From an uncultured Acidobacteriota bacterium (lineage in GTDB: Bacteria > Acidobacteriota > Terriglobia > Terriglobales > Acidobacteriaceae): a stretch of 64,000 nt of DNA. The notes below the pieces were generated by a model. The model worked only from the letters and a program-made list of their open reading frames with translations. It did not search any database and was not told the origin of the DNA. The stretch is taken from the NCBI GenBank assembly GCA_963842075.1, contig CAWJFA010000017.1:664-64663 (forward strand), written 5' to 3'. A program made the translations under genes and the position numbers. This document shows, in pieces, positions 27,080 through 35,690 of the stretch (the first letter of the stretch is position 1; each line of letters begins with the position of its first letter).

Positions 27080-29427
27080 AACTCGACGATAACGAAGAAA
27101 AACTGCTGCGTTCGGTGGCGCTGCAAAATGCCCAGGCGGTTTTGCTGGCGCGGGAGCGAGCAGAGCGCGAACTGCGGGAATCGAACGAGCGCATCAGCAA
27201 CATTCTCGAAAGCATCACCGACGCCTTCGTGGTGTTGGACAAGGAATGGCGATTCACGCACGTAAACCATCAGGCGGAAGAGATTCTGCGGCCGCTGAAC
27301 AAGACGCGTGCAAACCTGGTAGGGACGATCTACTGGAAGGAGTTTCCGGAGTTAGTGGGCACGGCGGTGGAGAAGAACTTTCGACGGGCCGTGGCGGAGC
27401 AGGTGAAAGTTGAACTGGAGTTCTTTTATCCGCCGCTGAACAGTTGGTTTGAGATCCGCGCCTATCCGGGACGGGAGGGGCTTTCCGTATATTTTGTCGA
27501 CATCTCGGAGCGCAGGCGAGCGGAGCGGGCAACGGGACTGTTGGCCGCCATTGTGGATTCTTCCGACGACGCGATTGTCAGCAAGAATCTCGATGGCATT
27601 ATTACCAGCTGGAACAAGGGGGCGGAACGGATATTCGGGTACACCGCCGAAGAAGCGGTTGGCCAACACATCACTCTGATCATTCCGGACGAGCGTCTGG
27701 AGGAAGAGGCGGATATTCTTGGGCGACTGAAACGGGGCGAACGGGTTGACCATTTCCAGACGGTTCGGAGGCGTAAAGATGGCAGCAGACTTGATGTGTC
27801 TCTGACCATTTCTCCGGTGAGAGATTCCTCGGGACGGATCATTGGAGCGTCAAAGGTGGCGCGTGACGTCACGGCGCAAAGGCATGCCGCGGATGCATTG
27901 CGCGAGAGTGAAGAACGATTCCGCGCCATCGTGCAGGCCACGCCCGAATGCGTGAAAGTGGTGGGGCCGGACGGTACGTTACTGGCAATGAATTCGGCGG
28001 GTTGCGGAATGGTGGAAGCAGAGGCCGAGGGTGACATACGTGGACAGAGCGTTTACGATCTGATTGCGCCGGAATTCCGGCAGCGGTTCATCGAATTCAA
28101 CGAGAGTGTGTGCAAGGGCAACAAGGGCGAGATCGATTTTGAAATCGTGGGGCTGAAGGGCAAGCGGCGGTGGATGGAAACGCACGCCGTGCCGATGCGC
28201 GATCCTTCGACGGGACAGACGGTGCAACTAGCAGTCACGCGGGATGTAACCGCCCGAAAAGAAGCCGATGAGAAGTTGAGGCACAGCGAGGAAGAATTGC
28301 GCGCATTGGCAAATTCGATTCCGCAGCTGGCATGGATGGCAAATCCGGATGGGCACATTTTTTGGTATAACCGGGGCTGGTTCGAATACACCGGTACCAC
28401 GCTGGAGCAGATGGAGGGATGGGGCTGGAAAACGGTGCATGACCCTAATGTGCTCCCCAGCGTTTTGGAAAAATGGAATGAGTCAATTCGGACCGGAACG
28501 CCTTTCGAGATGGAATTTCCATTGCGCGGGGCGGATGGCATATTTCGATGGTTTTTGACCCGGGTCAGTCCGTTTCGCGATCAAGCAGGGAAAGTCACAC
28601 GCTGGTTCGGCACCAACACGAACATAGATGAGCAGCGCCAATTGCTGGGTTCGCTCAGCGAAGCACGCGGTCATCTGGAAAAGCGAGTTGAGGAAAGAAC
28701 TGCAGAACTCAAAGATGCGAATGAAAGTTTGCGCGACCTTTCGGCCCGCCTGCTGAAAGTGCAGGATGAAGAACGCAAGCGATTGGCTCGGGAGCTGCAT
28801 GACAGCGTGGGCCAGATACTTGCGGCGCTTAGCATGAACGTGAGCATAGTGCAGGCGCAGGCCCATAAACTCGACTCGGTGGGAGCCAGAGCGGTTTCGG
28901 AAAATCAGCTGCTGGTGCAACAGGCCTCGACCGAAATTCGTACTCTGTCGCATCTTCTGCATCCTCCACTACTGGAGATAGCGGGCCTGGTCTCGGCGCT
29001 GCGCTGGTATGTGGACGGCTTCTCGGAACGCAGCAAGATCAAAGTAGATCTCGAGGTTCCCGCCAATCTTGACCGGCTGCCAAACGATACGGAACTGGCA
29101 ATCTTCAGAATCGTTCAGGAATGCCTGACCAACATTCATCGTCATTCGGGGAGCTCTATTGCGGCGATCAGTATCGAGCAGGAAGGCGACCGTCTGGTGG
29201 TTCGAGTTCAGGATAACGGGAGGGGCATTCCCCCAGAAAAACAGCGGGAACTGATCGAATCAAACCGCGGCGGGGTTGGATTCGGCGGTATTCGAGAACG
29301 GCTGAGGCAACTGGGCGGCAAGTTGGAAATACAATCCAATGGAACTGGAACAGTGGTGACCGCGATCCTTAACAGTGGCGTGACGCTGGCGGGAAACGAA
29401 GAAGTCAGGGAAATGCTCGCTCCTTAG
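27076..29427 (+). CDS. multi-PAS sensor histidine kinase (HisKA_3 + HATPase_c)
   Basis: 783 aa. N-terminal coiled coil and about four PAS/PAC modules (e.g. IVDSSDDAIVSKNLDGIITSWNKGAERIFGYTAEEAVG; IPQLAWMANPDGHIFWYNRGWFEYTG). H-box ERKRLARELHDSVGQ, ATPase G-boxes. ATGA overlap with the preceding gene. Confidence 0.9.
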   Translation: MKLDDNEEKLLRSVALQNAQAVLLARERAERELRESNERISNILESITDAFVVLDKEWRFTHVNHQAEEILRPLNKTRANLVGTIYWKEFPELVGTAVEKNFRRAVAEQVKVELEFFYPPLNSWFEIRAYPGREGLSVYFVDISERRRAERATGLLAAIVDSSDDAIVSKNLDGIITSWNKGAERIFGYTAEEAVGQHITLIIPDERLEEEADILGRLKRGERVDHFQTVRRRKDGSRLDVSLTISPVRDSSGRIIGASKVARDVTAQRHAADALRESEERFRAIVQATPECVKVVGPDGTLLAMNSAGCGMVEAEAEGDIRGQSVYDLIAPEFRQRFIEFNESVCKGNKGEIDFEIVGLKGKRRWMETHAVPMRDPSTGQTVQLAVTRDVTARKEADEKLRHSEEELRALANSIPQLAWMANPDGHIFWYNRGWFEYTGTTLEQMEGWGWKTVHDPNVLPSVLEKWNESIRTGTPFEMEFPLRGADGIFRWFLTRVSPFRDQAGKVTRWFGTNTNIDEQRQLLGSLSEARGHLEKRVEERTAELKDANESLRDLSARLLKVQDEERKRLARELHDSVGQILAALSMNVSIVQAQAHKLDSVGARAVSENQLLVQQASTEIRTLSHLLHPPLLEIAGLVSALRWYVDGFSERSKIKVDLEVPANLDRLPNDTELAIFRIVQECLTNIHRHSGSSIAAISIEQEGDRLVVRVQDNGRGIPPEKQRELIESNRGGVGFGGIRERLRQLGGKLEIQSNGTGTVVTAILNSGVTLAGNEEVREMLAP

Positions 29428-29647
29428 GGAGGATCAGTAGAAATCTCACTCTTGAAGTCCTCGATTGGCCTTTCCGGGTGATCAACTCAGAGAGAGGCCT
29501 GAAATTCCAGCCCTTCAGTCTGGTCCCAGGGTGTGTTGTTGCGCGAAACGCACAACAGTGGGACGGGCGGGCGCAGGAATCTGGTATCAAGAAGCTAAAT
29601 TCAAAATCCACGTCGAAGGTAAGCGGGCAAGAGTCCGGACTCCGCCC

Positions 29648-29685
29648 GAGATAAGTCTGCTCTCACGAGATAAGTCTGCTCTCAC
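29648..29685 (+). repeat. perfect 19-bp tandem direct repeat (GAGATAAGTCTGCTCTCAC x2)
   Basis: 29648-29666 equals 29667-29685 exactly. Lies 62 nt upstream of ATG 29748. Confidence 0.95.
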
Positions 29686-29747
29686 ACTGAAGAACTTTGT
29701 GCCGCTGGCCGATGAAGAACGGGAGGCGCTCGGTTTGCGGGCCCGCG

Positions 29748-31172
29748 ATGACTTCGTCCATTAAAGCGATTGCTGCGTTTGCGCTGATTATTGTGGCGTA
29801 CATCGGGTCGTTTGCTTTCTGGAGCGAAGAGCGGGGCGAAGAAAACAGGGGATGGGTGACGCACACGTATGTTGTCGTCGAGAAGTTGCAAGCCGTGCAA
29901 ATCGACATCAGCCAAGCTGAAGCGGGGCAGTGGGGTTACCTGCTTACGGGGCGGGACAAATACCTGGAGCCGTACCAGGCTGGACTGAATCAGTTGCGGC
30001 AAGATATGGAAGATGTGCAGTACCTGACCAGGGATAACCCGAGGCAGCAGGAATCGGTGGGGCGGCTGCAGGGGATGATTGCGGCCAGGCTGACGGAGCT
30101 GAGCGACGGGATTGAAGTGCGGAACAAAAGCGGGCTGCTGGCGGGAGTGGAAGCGGTGGCATTCGGGAATACTGGCGGAAAGTGGATGGCAAAGATTGGG
30201 GCGCTGGTCGACGAGATGCGCCGGGCGGAAGGACAGTTATTAGTGAAGCGGCTGGACAATGCGGCGGCCAGCACGCGGAGGACGAAGCGGGTAATCGTTT
30301 GTGGAGACGTCCTGGCTATTTTAATTCTGTTGATCGCGGGGGTCGTGATTCAGGGGGAGACGGAAAAGAGAGGCTTGGCTGAGGGGGAGCTGAAGCATGT
30401 GAACGAAAGGCTGGAACGCCAGTCGGCGGAACTGTGGGAGACGAATGTGGAACTGGAGAGCTTTGCCTATTCCGTAGCCCATGATCTACGCGCGCCGCTG
30501 CGGCACATTGCCGGATATTCCAATATGCTGTCAGAGGATTACGGGCCGCAGTTCGATGGGGAGGGGCGGCGCTGGCTGGAGAAGCTGGTGGAGGGGTCGC
30601 AAAGAATGGGACGTCTTGTGGATGACCTGCTTAGTCTATCAAGGACGGGGCGGCAGGAACTCTCGTTGCAGGTTACGCCGCTGGATGCGCTGCTGCGGCA
30701 GGTGGTGGAGGAGCTTGGGGTGGAGGGTTCAGGGCGGGAGATCGAGTGGCGAATCGGCGAGTTGTCCAGCGCGGAATGCGATCCGGGATTGATGAAGCAG
30801 GTGTTCGTGAATCTGCTGTCGAATGCCGTGAAGTACACGGGAAAGCGGGAACATGCGGTGATTGAGGTGGGACAGACGATGCAGAACGACGAGCGGGTTG
30901 TGTTTGTGCGGGACAACGGAGTGGGATTCGAGATGCAGTATGCGGGCAAGCTCTTCGGAGTTTTTCAGCGGTTGCACAAGGCGGGTGATTTCGAAGGCAC
31001 AGGAGTGGGGCTAGCGATTGTGCAGCGCATCGTTCGAAAACATGGAGGGCGGATTTGGGCGGAAGCGGAGCTTAATCAGGGAGCGACGTTTTTTTTCACG
31101 CTGGGATCGCCGGGGAAGAACGAGAGGCAAGAAATAGAAGCTGCGATGAAGGATGAGGTGATGCATGTCTAG
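29748..31172 (+). CDS. CHASE3-domain sensor histidine kinase (HisKA + HATPase_c)
   Basis: TM helix, CHASE3-like block (WVTHTYVVVEKLQAVQIDISQAEAGQWGYLLTGRDKYLEPYQ), second TM, H-box SFAYSVAHDLRAPLRHI, ATPase DNGVGF...GTGVGLAIV. The track ORF starts at 29697; ATG 29748 (MTSSIKAIAAF) preferred. Confidence 0.88.
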   Translation: MTSSIKAIAAFALIIVAYIGSFAFWSEERGEENRGWVTHTYVVVEKLQAVQIDISQAEAGQWGYLLTGRDKYLEPYQAGLNQLRQDMEDVQYLTRDNPRQQESVGRLQGMIAARLTELSDGIEVRNKSGLLAGVEAVAFGNTGGKWMAKIGALVDEMRRAEGQLLVKRLDNAAASTRRTKRVIVCGDVLAILILLIAGVVIQGETEKRGLAEGELKHVNERLERQSAELWETNVELESFAYSVAHDLRAPLRHIAGYSNMLSEDYGPQFDGEGRRWLEKLVEGSQRMGRLVDDLLSLSRTGRQELSLQVTPLDALLRQVVEELGVEGSGREIEWRIGELSSAECDPGLMKQVFVNLLSNAVKYTGKREHAVIEVGQTMQNDERVVFVRDNGVGFEMQYAGKLFGVFQRLHKAGDFEGTGVGLAIVQRIVRKHGGRIWAEAELNQGATFFFTLGSPGKNERQEIEAAMKDEVMHV

Positions 31173-31638
31173 CGAAGTTGAGATTTTGCTGGTGGACGAC
31201 AGCCCGGAGGATGTGGAACTGACTACGCGCGCATTGCGCCGCAACAAAATTGTTAACGACATTCAAGTTGCGGAGGATGGAGCGGAAGCTCTGGACTTTC
31301 TTTTCTGCCGCGGTGCGCACGGGGATCGGACGTTTTCCAATCCTCCGAAACTGGTTCTGCTCGATTTGAAGCTTCCCAAGGTCGATGGCCTGGGAGTGCT
31401 GCAGGCTATCAGGGCGGATGAGAGGACGAAGTCGATCCCGGTTGTGATTCTGACTTCTTCCAAGCAGCAAGAAGATGTGATCAGGGGTTACAAGTTAGGA
31501 GTGAACGCTTTCGTTCAGAAGCCGGTGGACTTCGAGCAGTTTGGCGAGGCCATTCGGCAGATCGGAATGTTTTGGATGCTGATCAATCAAGCGCCACCAC
31601 GGGAAGTGTTCGAGGGGAGCAGAGCGCAGGGAGCGTGA
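31165..31638 (+). CDS. stand-alone response regulator receiver protein (CheY-like)
   Basis: 157 aa. ILLVDDSPEDVELT, LVLLDLKLPKVDG, VVILTSS, NAFVQKP. No output domain. 8-nt overlap with the kinase gene. Confidence 0.9.
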   Translation: MSSEVEILLVDDSPEDVELTTRALRRNKIVNDIQVAEDGAEALDFLFCRGAHGDRTFSNPPKLVLLDLKLPKVDGLGVLQAIRADERTKSIPVVILTSSKQQEDVIRGYKLGVNAFVQKPVDFEQFGEAIRQIGMFWMLINQAPPREVFEGSRAQGA

Positions 31639-31670
31639 GGCATGGGGCGGTGGTAGGGATGGTTCGAATG

Positions 31671-31700
31671 CACAGGATCGTCCTTTGGACGATCCTGTGT
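31671..31700. terminator. perfect 13-bp hairpin between convergent genes
   Basis: CACAGGATCGTCC, loop TTTG, GGACGATCCTGTG. Lies 33 nt after the receiver gene stop and 41 nt after the stop of the minus-strand small gene. Confidence 0.5.
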
Positions 31701-31740
31701 CGCTCAGCATGACAGAGTGGGGGCACTTTTTTATTGCAGT

Positions 31741-31940
31741 CTAGGCGCCGAGGTATTGGACGTGGACGTAGGTGCCCAGACGGACATTGTAGGCGAGGTA
31801 CCAGCCCTCGTGGTCGGGATCGTCGTAGATGACGATGTCGTCGCTGTCCCAGAGCCAGTCGTTGCAGAAGCCGATGTCGTGGGTGCGACGCCGAGGGAAA
31901 ATACGGAACAGAGGGCGAAGAGGCCGAGTAGTTTTTTCAT
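31741..31940 (-). pseudogene. small secreted protein gene with an apparent 1-nt frame disruption
   Basis: ATG 31940 encodes signal peptide [20 protein letters not shown]. After the CCC run (31883-31881), GC3-rich coding continues in the -1 frame ([46 protein letters not shown], stop at 31743-31741). The frame-0 continuation is S/T-rich with poor GC3. Confidence 0.45.
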
Positions 31941-31969
31941 GTTTGTCTTTTCTTGGAGCAGCGCGGGAA

Positions 31970-31990
31970 GACTGGGCTAAAGCCCAGGTC
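31970..31990. repeat. family-3 GC hairpin
   Basis: GACTGGGC, loop TAAA, GCCCAGGTC. Confidence 0.75.
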
Positions 31991-32007
31991 AGTTTTATAT
32001 GCTTTAC

Positions 32008-32025
32008 GCGGCGTTAAAGCGCCGC
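32008..32025. repeat. family-3 GC hairpin
   Basis: GCGGCG, loop TTAAAG, CGCCGC, then TCTTCCAC. Confidence 0.75.
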
Positions 32026-32074
32026 TCTTCCACGTTACTGCGCAGGGAATCCATGGGGGACGCGACAGTGGAAT

Positions 32075-32111
32075 CCCACGTTTCGCAAAGGAGGCGAAAC
32101 GTGGGGCACCC
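32075..32111 (+). repeat. family-2 hairpin (CCCAC-stem-loop-stem-GTGGGGCACCC)
   Basis: CCCACGTTTCGCAAAGGAGGCGAAACGTGGGGCACCC. Confidence 0.9.
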
Positions 32112-32140
32112 TTTTCGTGGCGGTGTTTACATGGAAAGAA

Positions 32141-35100
32141 CTAGAAGGTGAATTTCAGGCCTAGCTGGATTTGGCGGGGGGCGAAGGCGGCGTTGGGCTT
32201 CAGGAAATTTTGGGGCTGCTGGTAGTAGGCGGGGTAGGGAACTCCGTTGACGTAGGTGGTATATGGGGTGAAGGTGGTGGCTTCGGCGGTGAGGCCGTCG
32301 GTGGTGATGGTGACGCGCTGGTTGTCGTGGTTGAAGAGGTTGAAGGAGTCGGCGGTGAAGTCGAGGCGATAGCCGTGGGCGACGTGGATTTTGCGGACCA
32401 GGCGGAGATCGGCGGAGGTGTAGTCGGGTCCGGTGAAGGCGTTGCGGCTGTATCCGGGGAGGCGGTCATTGTCGTAGTTGCCGTCCTGATTGGGATCGCC
32501 GGTGACGGTGGCGTTGACGGGGCGTCCGCTGCCGGCGGTGACAATGCTGGAAATTTTCCATTCGTTGAGGAGGTGGCCGAGAAATTCGTGTCCGCGATGG
32601 AAGGGGCGAGGTTCGACGGAGAGGGCGGCGACGAGGCGGTTGCGCTGGTCGGTGACGCTGGGTCCGCGCTCGCCGTTGGGATTGTAGGAATTCTGGACGG
32701 TGGCGGGAGAGCCGGCGACCAGGGCGTCCTGGCCGTCGTCGATGGCGTGGGCGTAGGTGTAGGAGAGGCGGAGATAAGTTCCGCGGGCCATGCGGCGGTT
32801 GAGGGAGAGAGTGGCGCCGTTGTAAACGCTGGATGCGGCGCTTTGAAATTCATCGATGGAGCCGAGTTGGGCGATGGGGCGTCCGAGAGGATTGATGCAA
32901 GGGGGGAATGGGCAGGTCAGCGACTGAGTGTATTGCCAGGTGGCGAAGGAATCGACGGTGTAGTAGCCGTTCTGAAAAATGGAGCCGGTGGAATCGAAGA
33001 GAGGATAGGTGAGGGCAACCGGCGGCGGAAGGTTGACGTCGAGAGCGCGGATAAGATGTTCGCCGTGGACGTAGAGATAGGAGATGGCGACGGTGGTGTG
33101 GCTGGCGACTTCGCGCTCGAGCGTGAGGCTGGCTTGCTGCACGCGCGGGGTGACGAAGTTTGAGGCGAAGGCGGAGACGTTGTTAGTGACGCCTTCAGTG
33201 AATCCCGCGGGCAGGTTGCAGGAGGCCGAAGTCAGAGAGCAGGAGACGAGCGGATTGGGATATGTGGGAAAGACCTGGTGGTCGTAGTAGTTGGTGTTGT
33301 TGAGAAATATCTGAGAGTCGGTGATGCCATTTTCGGTGGCGATGGCGGAGTTATAGATCTGAGGGATGCGGACGTAGAACAATCCATAGCCAGCGCGGAT
33401 GACAAGCGGGTGATCTTTGCCGATGGAGTAGGCGAGTCCGGCGCGGGGGCCGAAGTTGTGAGGATTAAACGGAACTTTGCCAGAAGGTGGGAAGAGTGGG
33501 TTCGAGACGAGGCCGGCGGTGGTGAAAGTCTGGAGATCCCAGCGTACGCCGAGATTCAGGGCGAGATGGTTGGTGACGCGAATGGTGTCCTGGGCGAAGG
33601 CGGCGTAGTCGTTGCTGTTGGGATTGGAGGCGGCGGGGCCGAAGTTCTGCAGATAGTAGTGCGGGACTCCATGGGCGTAGGCGCGGAGCGGGGTGAGCGG
33701 GAGTCCGGCTTCTTGCGGTTCGAAGGTAAAGGGATTCACCTTGATGATGTCGAAGAGGTATTCACCGCTCTGCTGGCTGGGAAAGAAATCGTAGATCCAG
33801 GTGATGAGGGCGTCGCCGCCGAACTTGAAGGAGTGGCGGCTGGTATCAAGACTGAGAGTTTCGGCAAGCTGGGCGCGGTGTTCGCGGGTGGCGCGGGGGA
33901 GCTGGTCGGAGCGTCCGATACCGTCGATGATGTCGGGAATTTTGATGAGTGTGTCGCTGGTGTTGCTATAGGACTGGCGGAGATCGCGGGAGAACTGGGC
34001 ACGAAGATGGCTGATGAGGCGCGGAGTAAGGCCTGACGTGAGGGAGGCAGAGGCGGTGTCTGTAGAGACGGTTTCTTCGCCGTTGTCGGAGATGGAATCG
34101 TAGGTGACGGGGCTGGAGGGATCGAGGAAGACGTTATTCGACCCCCAGTAGCGCGAGGAGTTGTAGCGCAGGGCGAGTTGGTTGCGCGGGGTGACATTGA
34201 TATCGAGCTTTGCGTAGGTGGCGTTGCCGATTTGCGCGGCGGGATAGGAACCGGCAAGAGAGGTGAGTTTGGAGGCGGCGGCGAAGACGAGGGCCTGGTC
34301 GGTGGCTTCGTAGTCGCCGGGAGTGTAGGGTCCGGTGCCGGCTTGGGGGACGACCTGCATGGTGCCGTCGAGGAATTCGACGACGTCAGGGACGTGGAAG
34401 TAGTGCTGATCGAATCCGGCGAAGAAAAAGACTTTATTTTTCTTGATAGGGCCGCCGATGGTGGCTCCGCCTTGCTGCTGGCGGCTGTGAGGCTTGAAGG
34501 TCATGAAGGCGTCGGCGGCGCCGAATCCGCTATCGCGAATGTAATAGAGGCCGGTGCCGTGCCAGTGATTGGAGCCGGATTTGGTGACGACATTAACGAC
34601 GGCTCCGCCGGCGCGGCCAAGTTCGGCGCCGTAGGCGTTAGAGGAGACGCGAAACTCCTGCACGACTTCGTTGGAGAATTGGTAGGGCATGCGATAGAGG
34701 CCGCGGGCCTGGGCGAAGAAGGCATTGTTGAAGTCGCCGCCGTCGACGAGGAAGCTGTTCTGAAATCCGCGAAGGCCGCCGAAGGAGAGATCGCCGTTGG
34801 TGGAGGAGGTGAGGCTGCGGGGATCTTGCGTGACGCCGGGAGAAAGCAGCATGAGATCGGAGAAGCGGCGGCCGTTGAGGGGAAGATCGGAGATGGCGCG
34901 TTCGTCGAGGAGAGTGGAGATGGCGGTGGATTCGGTGTTGACGAGTTGCGGCGCGCCGGAGACGGTGACTTTTTCCTGAGCGCCGGCGATGGAGAGATGG
35001 AATTCGATTTCGGTTGCGGCGCCGACTTCGATGTGAAGCGTTGGACTGACTTGCGGCGACATGCCTTGCGCGACGGCGCGGGCGGAGTAGTCGCCGGGAG

Positions 35101-35308
35101 GGAGGATATCGAGGGAGAATCGGCCTTCAGCGTCGGAGGTGGCGGAGTAACGGGCGCCGGTGGCGGAGTTGACGGCGACGATGGAAGCCTGTGGGATGCG
35201 GCTGCCGCTGGGATCGAGAACGGCGCCGTGAAGGGCGCCGGTGGCGGCGTCCTGGGCGAGGGCGAGGGTTGAAAGAAGAATGCAGGTGACAAGGAGAGCG
35301 CGTGGCAT
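32141..35308 (-). CDS. TonB-dependent outer-membrane receptor with N-terminal carboxypeptidase-regulatory-like domain
   Basis: Signal peptide MPRALLVTCILLSTLALAQD. CarboxypepD_reg-like block (GAVLDPSGSRIPQASIVAVNSATGARYSATSDAEGRFSLDILPPGDY), plug and long beta-barrel, C-terminal ...QLGLKFTF. ATG 35308 preferred over the track start 35386. Confidence 0.85.
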   Translation of the reverse strand: MPRALLVTCILLSTLALAQDAATGALHGAVLDPSGSRIPQASIVAVNSATGARYSATSDAEGRFSLDILPPGDYSARAVAQGMSPQVSPTLHIEVGAATEIEFHLSIAGAQEKVTVSGAPQLVNTESTAISTLLDERAISDLPLNGRRFSDLMLLSPGVTQDPRSLTSSTNGDLSFGGLRGFQNSFLVDGGDFNNAFFAQARGLYRMPYQFSNEVVQEFRVSSNAYGAELGRAGGAVVNVVTKSGSNHWHGTGLYYIRDSGFGAADAFMTFKPHSRQQQGGATIGGPIKKNKVFFFAGFDQHYFHVPDVVEFLDGTMQVVPQAGTGPYTPGDYEATDQALVFAAASKLTSLAGSYPAAQIGNATYAKLDINVTPRNQLALRYNSSRYWGSNNVFLDPSSPVTYDSISDNGEETVSTDTASASLTSGLTPRLISHLRAQFSRDLRQSYSNTSDTLIKIPDIIDGIGRSDQLPRATREHRAQLAETLSLDTSRHSFKFGGDALITWIYDFFPSQQSGEYLFDIIKVNPFTFEPQEAGLPLTPLRAYAHGVPHYYLQNFGPAASNPNSNDYAAFAQDTIRVTNHLALNLGVRWDLQTFTTAGLVSNPLFPPSGKVPFNPHNFGPRAGLAYSIGKDHPLVIRAGYGLFYVRIPQIYNSAIATENGITDSQIFLNNTNYYDHQVFPTYPNPLVSCSLTSASCNLPAGFTEGVTNNVSAFASNFVTPRVQQASLTLEREVASHTTVAISYLYVHGEHLIRALDVNLPPPVALTYPLFDSTGSIFQNGYYTVDSFATWQYTQSLTCPFPPCINPLGRPIAQLGSIDEFQSAASSVYNGATLSLNRRMARGTYLRLSYTYAHAIDDGQDALVAGSPATVQNSYNPNGERGPSVTDQRNRLVAALSVEPRPFHRGHEFLGHLLNEWKISSIVTAGSGRPVNATVTGDPNQDGNYDNDRLPGYSRNAFTGPDYTSADLRLVRKIHVAHGYRLDFTADSFNLFNHDNQRVTITTDGLTAEATTFTPYTTYVNGVPYPAYYQQPQNFLKPNAAFAPRQIQLGLKFTF

Positions 35309-35526
35309 GGGTTTCCCGCCTGTGGTCGAGAGTGCTCGGAGGGTTGAATTCCGCGCGGACCGGAAGCGAGCGGAGTGGGAAACCAAATTGTTTGTAACAT
35401 GCGGGGGATGGAATCGACGGTGATGGCGGAGTTCTTTTTGGGGACGAGTGCCGGAGTGGGAATGGGGGGTTTACGGCGGGACGTGGGGGCGTGCTATGTT
35501 CAGTGTTTCGCGCGGCTGCGTAGTGT

Positions 35527-35660
35527 GGCGGGGAGTTGCATGGGTCCCCTTCGTCGGCCAAAAGGCGGCCTCCTCAGGGGGCGGGGGTGGTGGCGGGGAG
35601 TTGCATAGGTCCTTCGTCGGCCAAAAGGCGGCCTCCTCAGGATGACAGGGCGGGAGTAGT
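35527..35660 (+). repeat. 65-bp tandem duplication of a short family-1 variant
   Basis: Unit 1 (35527-35591) is GGCGGGGAGTTGCATGGGTCCCCTTCGTCGGCCAAAAGGCGGCCTCCTCAGGGG... Unit 2 (35592-~35660) is GGCGGGGAGTTGCATAGGTCCTTCGTCGGCCAAAAGGCGGCCTCCTCAGGATGACAGGG... Confidence 0.9.
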
Positions 35661-35690
35661 GGCAGGCAGTTCCGGAGCGAGAAGAAAATT

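Noticed and set aside
31655-31700. tRNA-like GGTTCGAAT motif
   Set aside because: No acceptor stem, D-arm or anticodon arm can be drawn around it. The adjacent sequence is a simple 13-bp hairpin between convergent genes. I found no other tRNA- or rRNA-like sequence in the window.
31731-31940. Taking the full 69-aa frame-0 ORF (S/T-rich) at face value
   Set aside because: Third-position GC drops sharply after codon ~20. The -1 frame carries a well-composed, GC3-rich domain ending at its own stop. This is reported instead as a frame-disrupted gene.
32171-35400. Several 200-360-aa ORFs on both strands within the TonB-receptor gene (e.g. 32171..33163, 34178..35272, 34501..35400)
   Set aside because: They have G/V/A/D-rich or P/S/T-rich composition and lie in alternative frames of a 1055-aa receptor gene with clear domain order.
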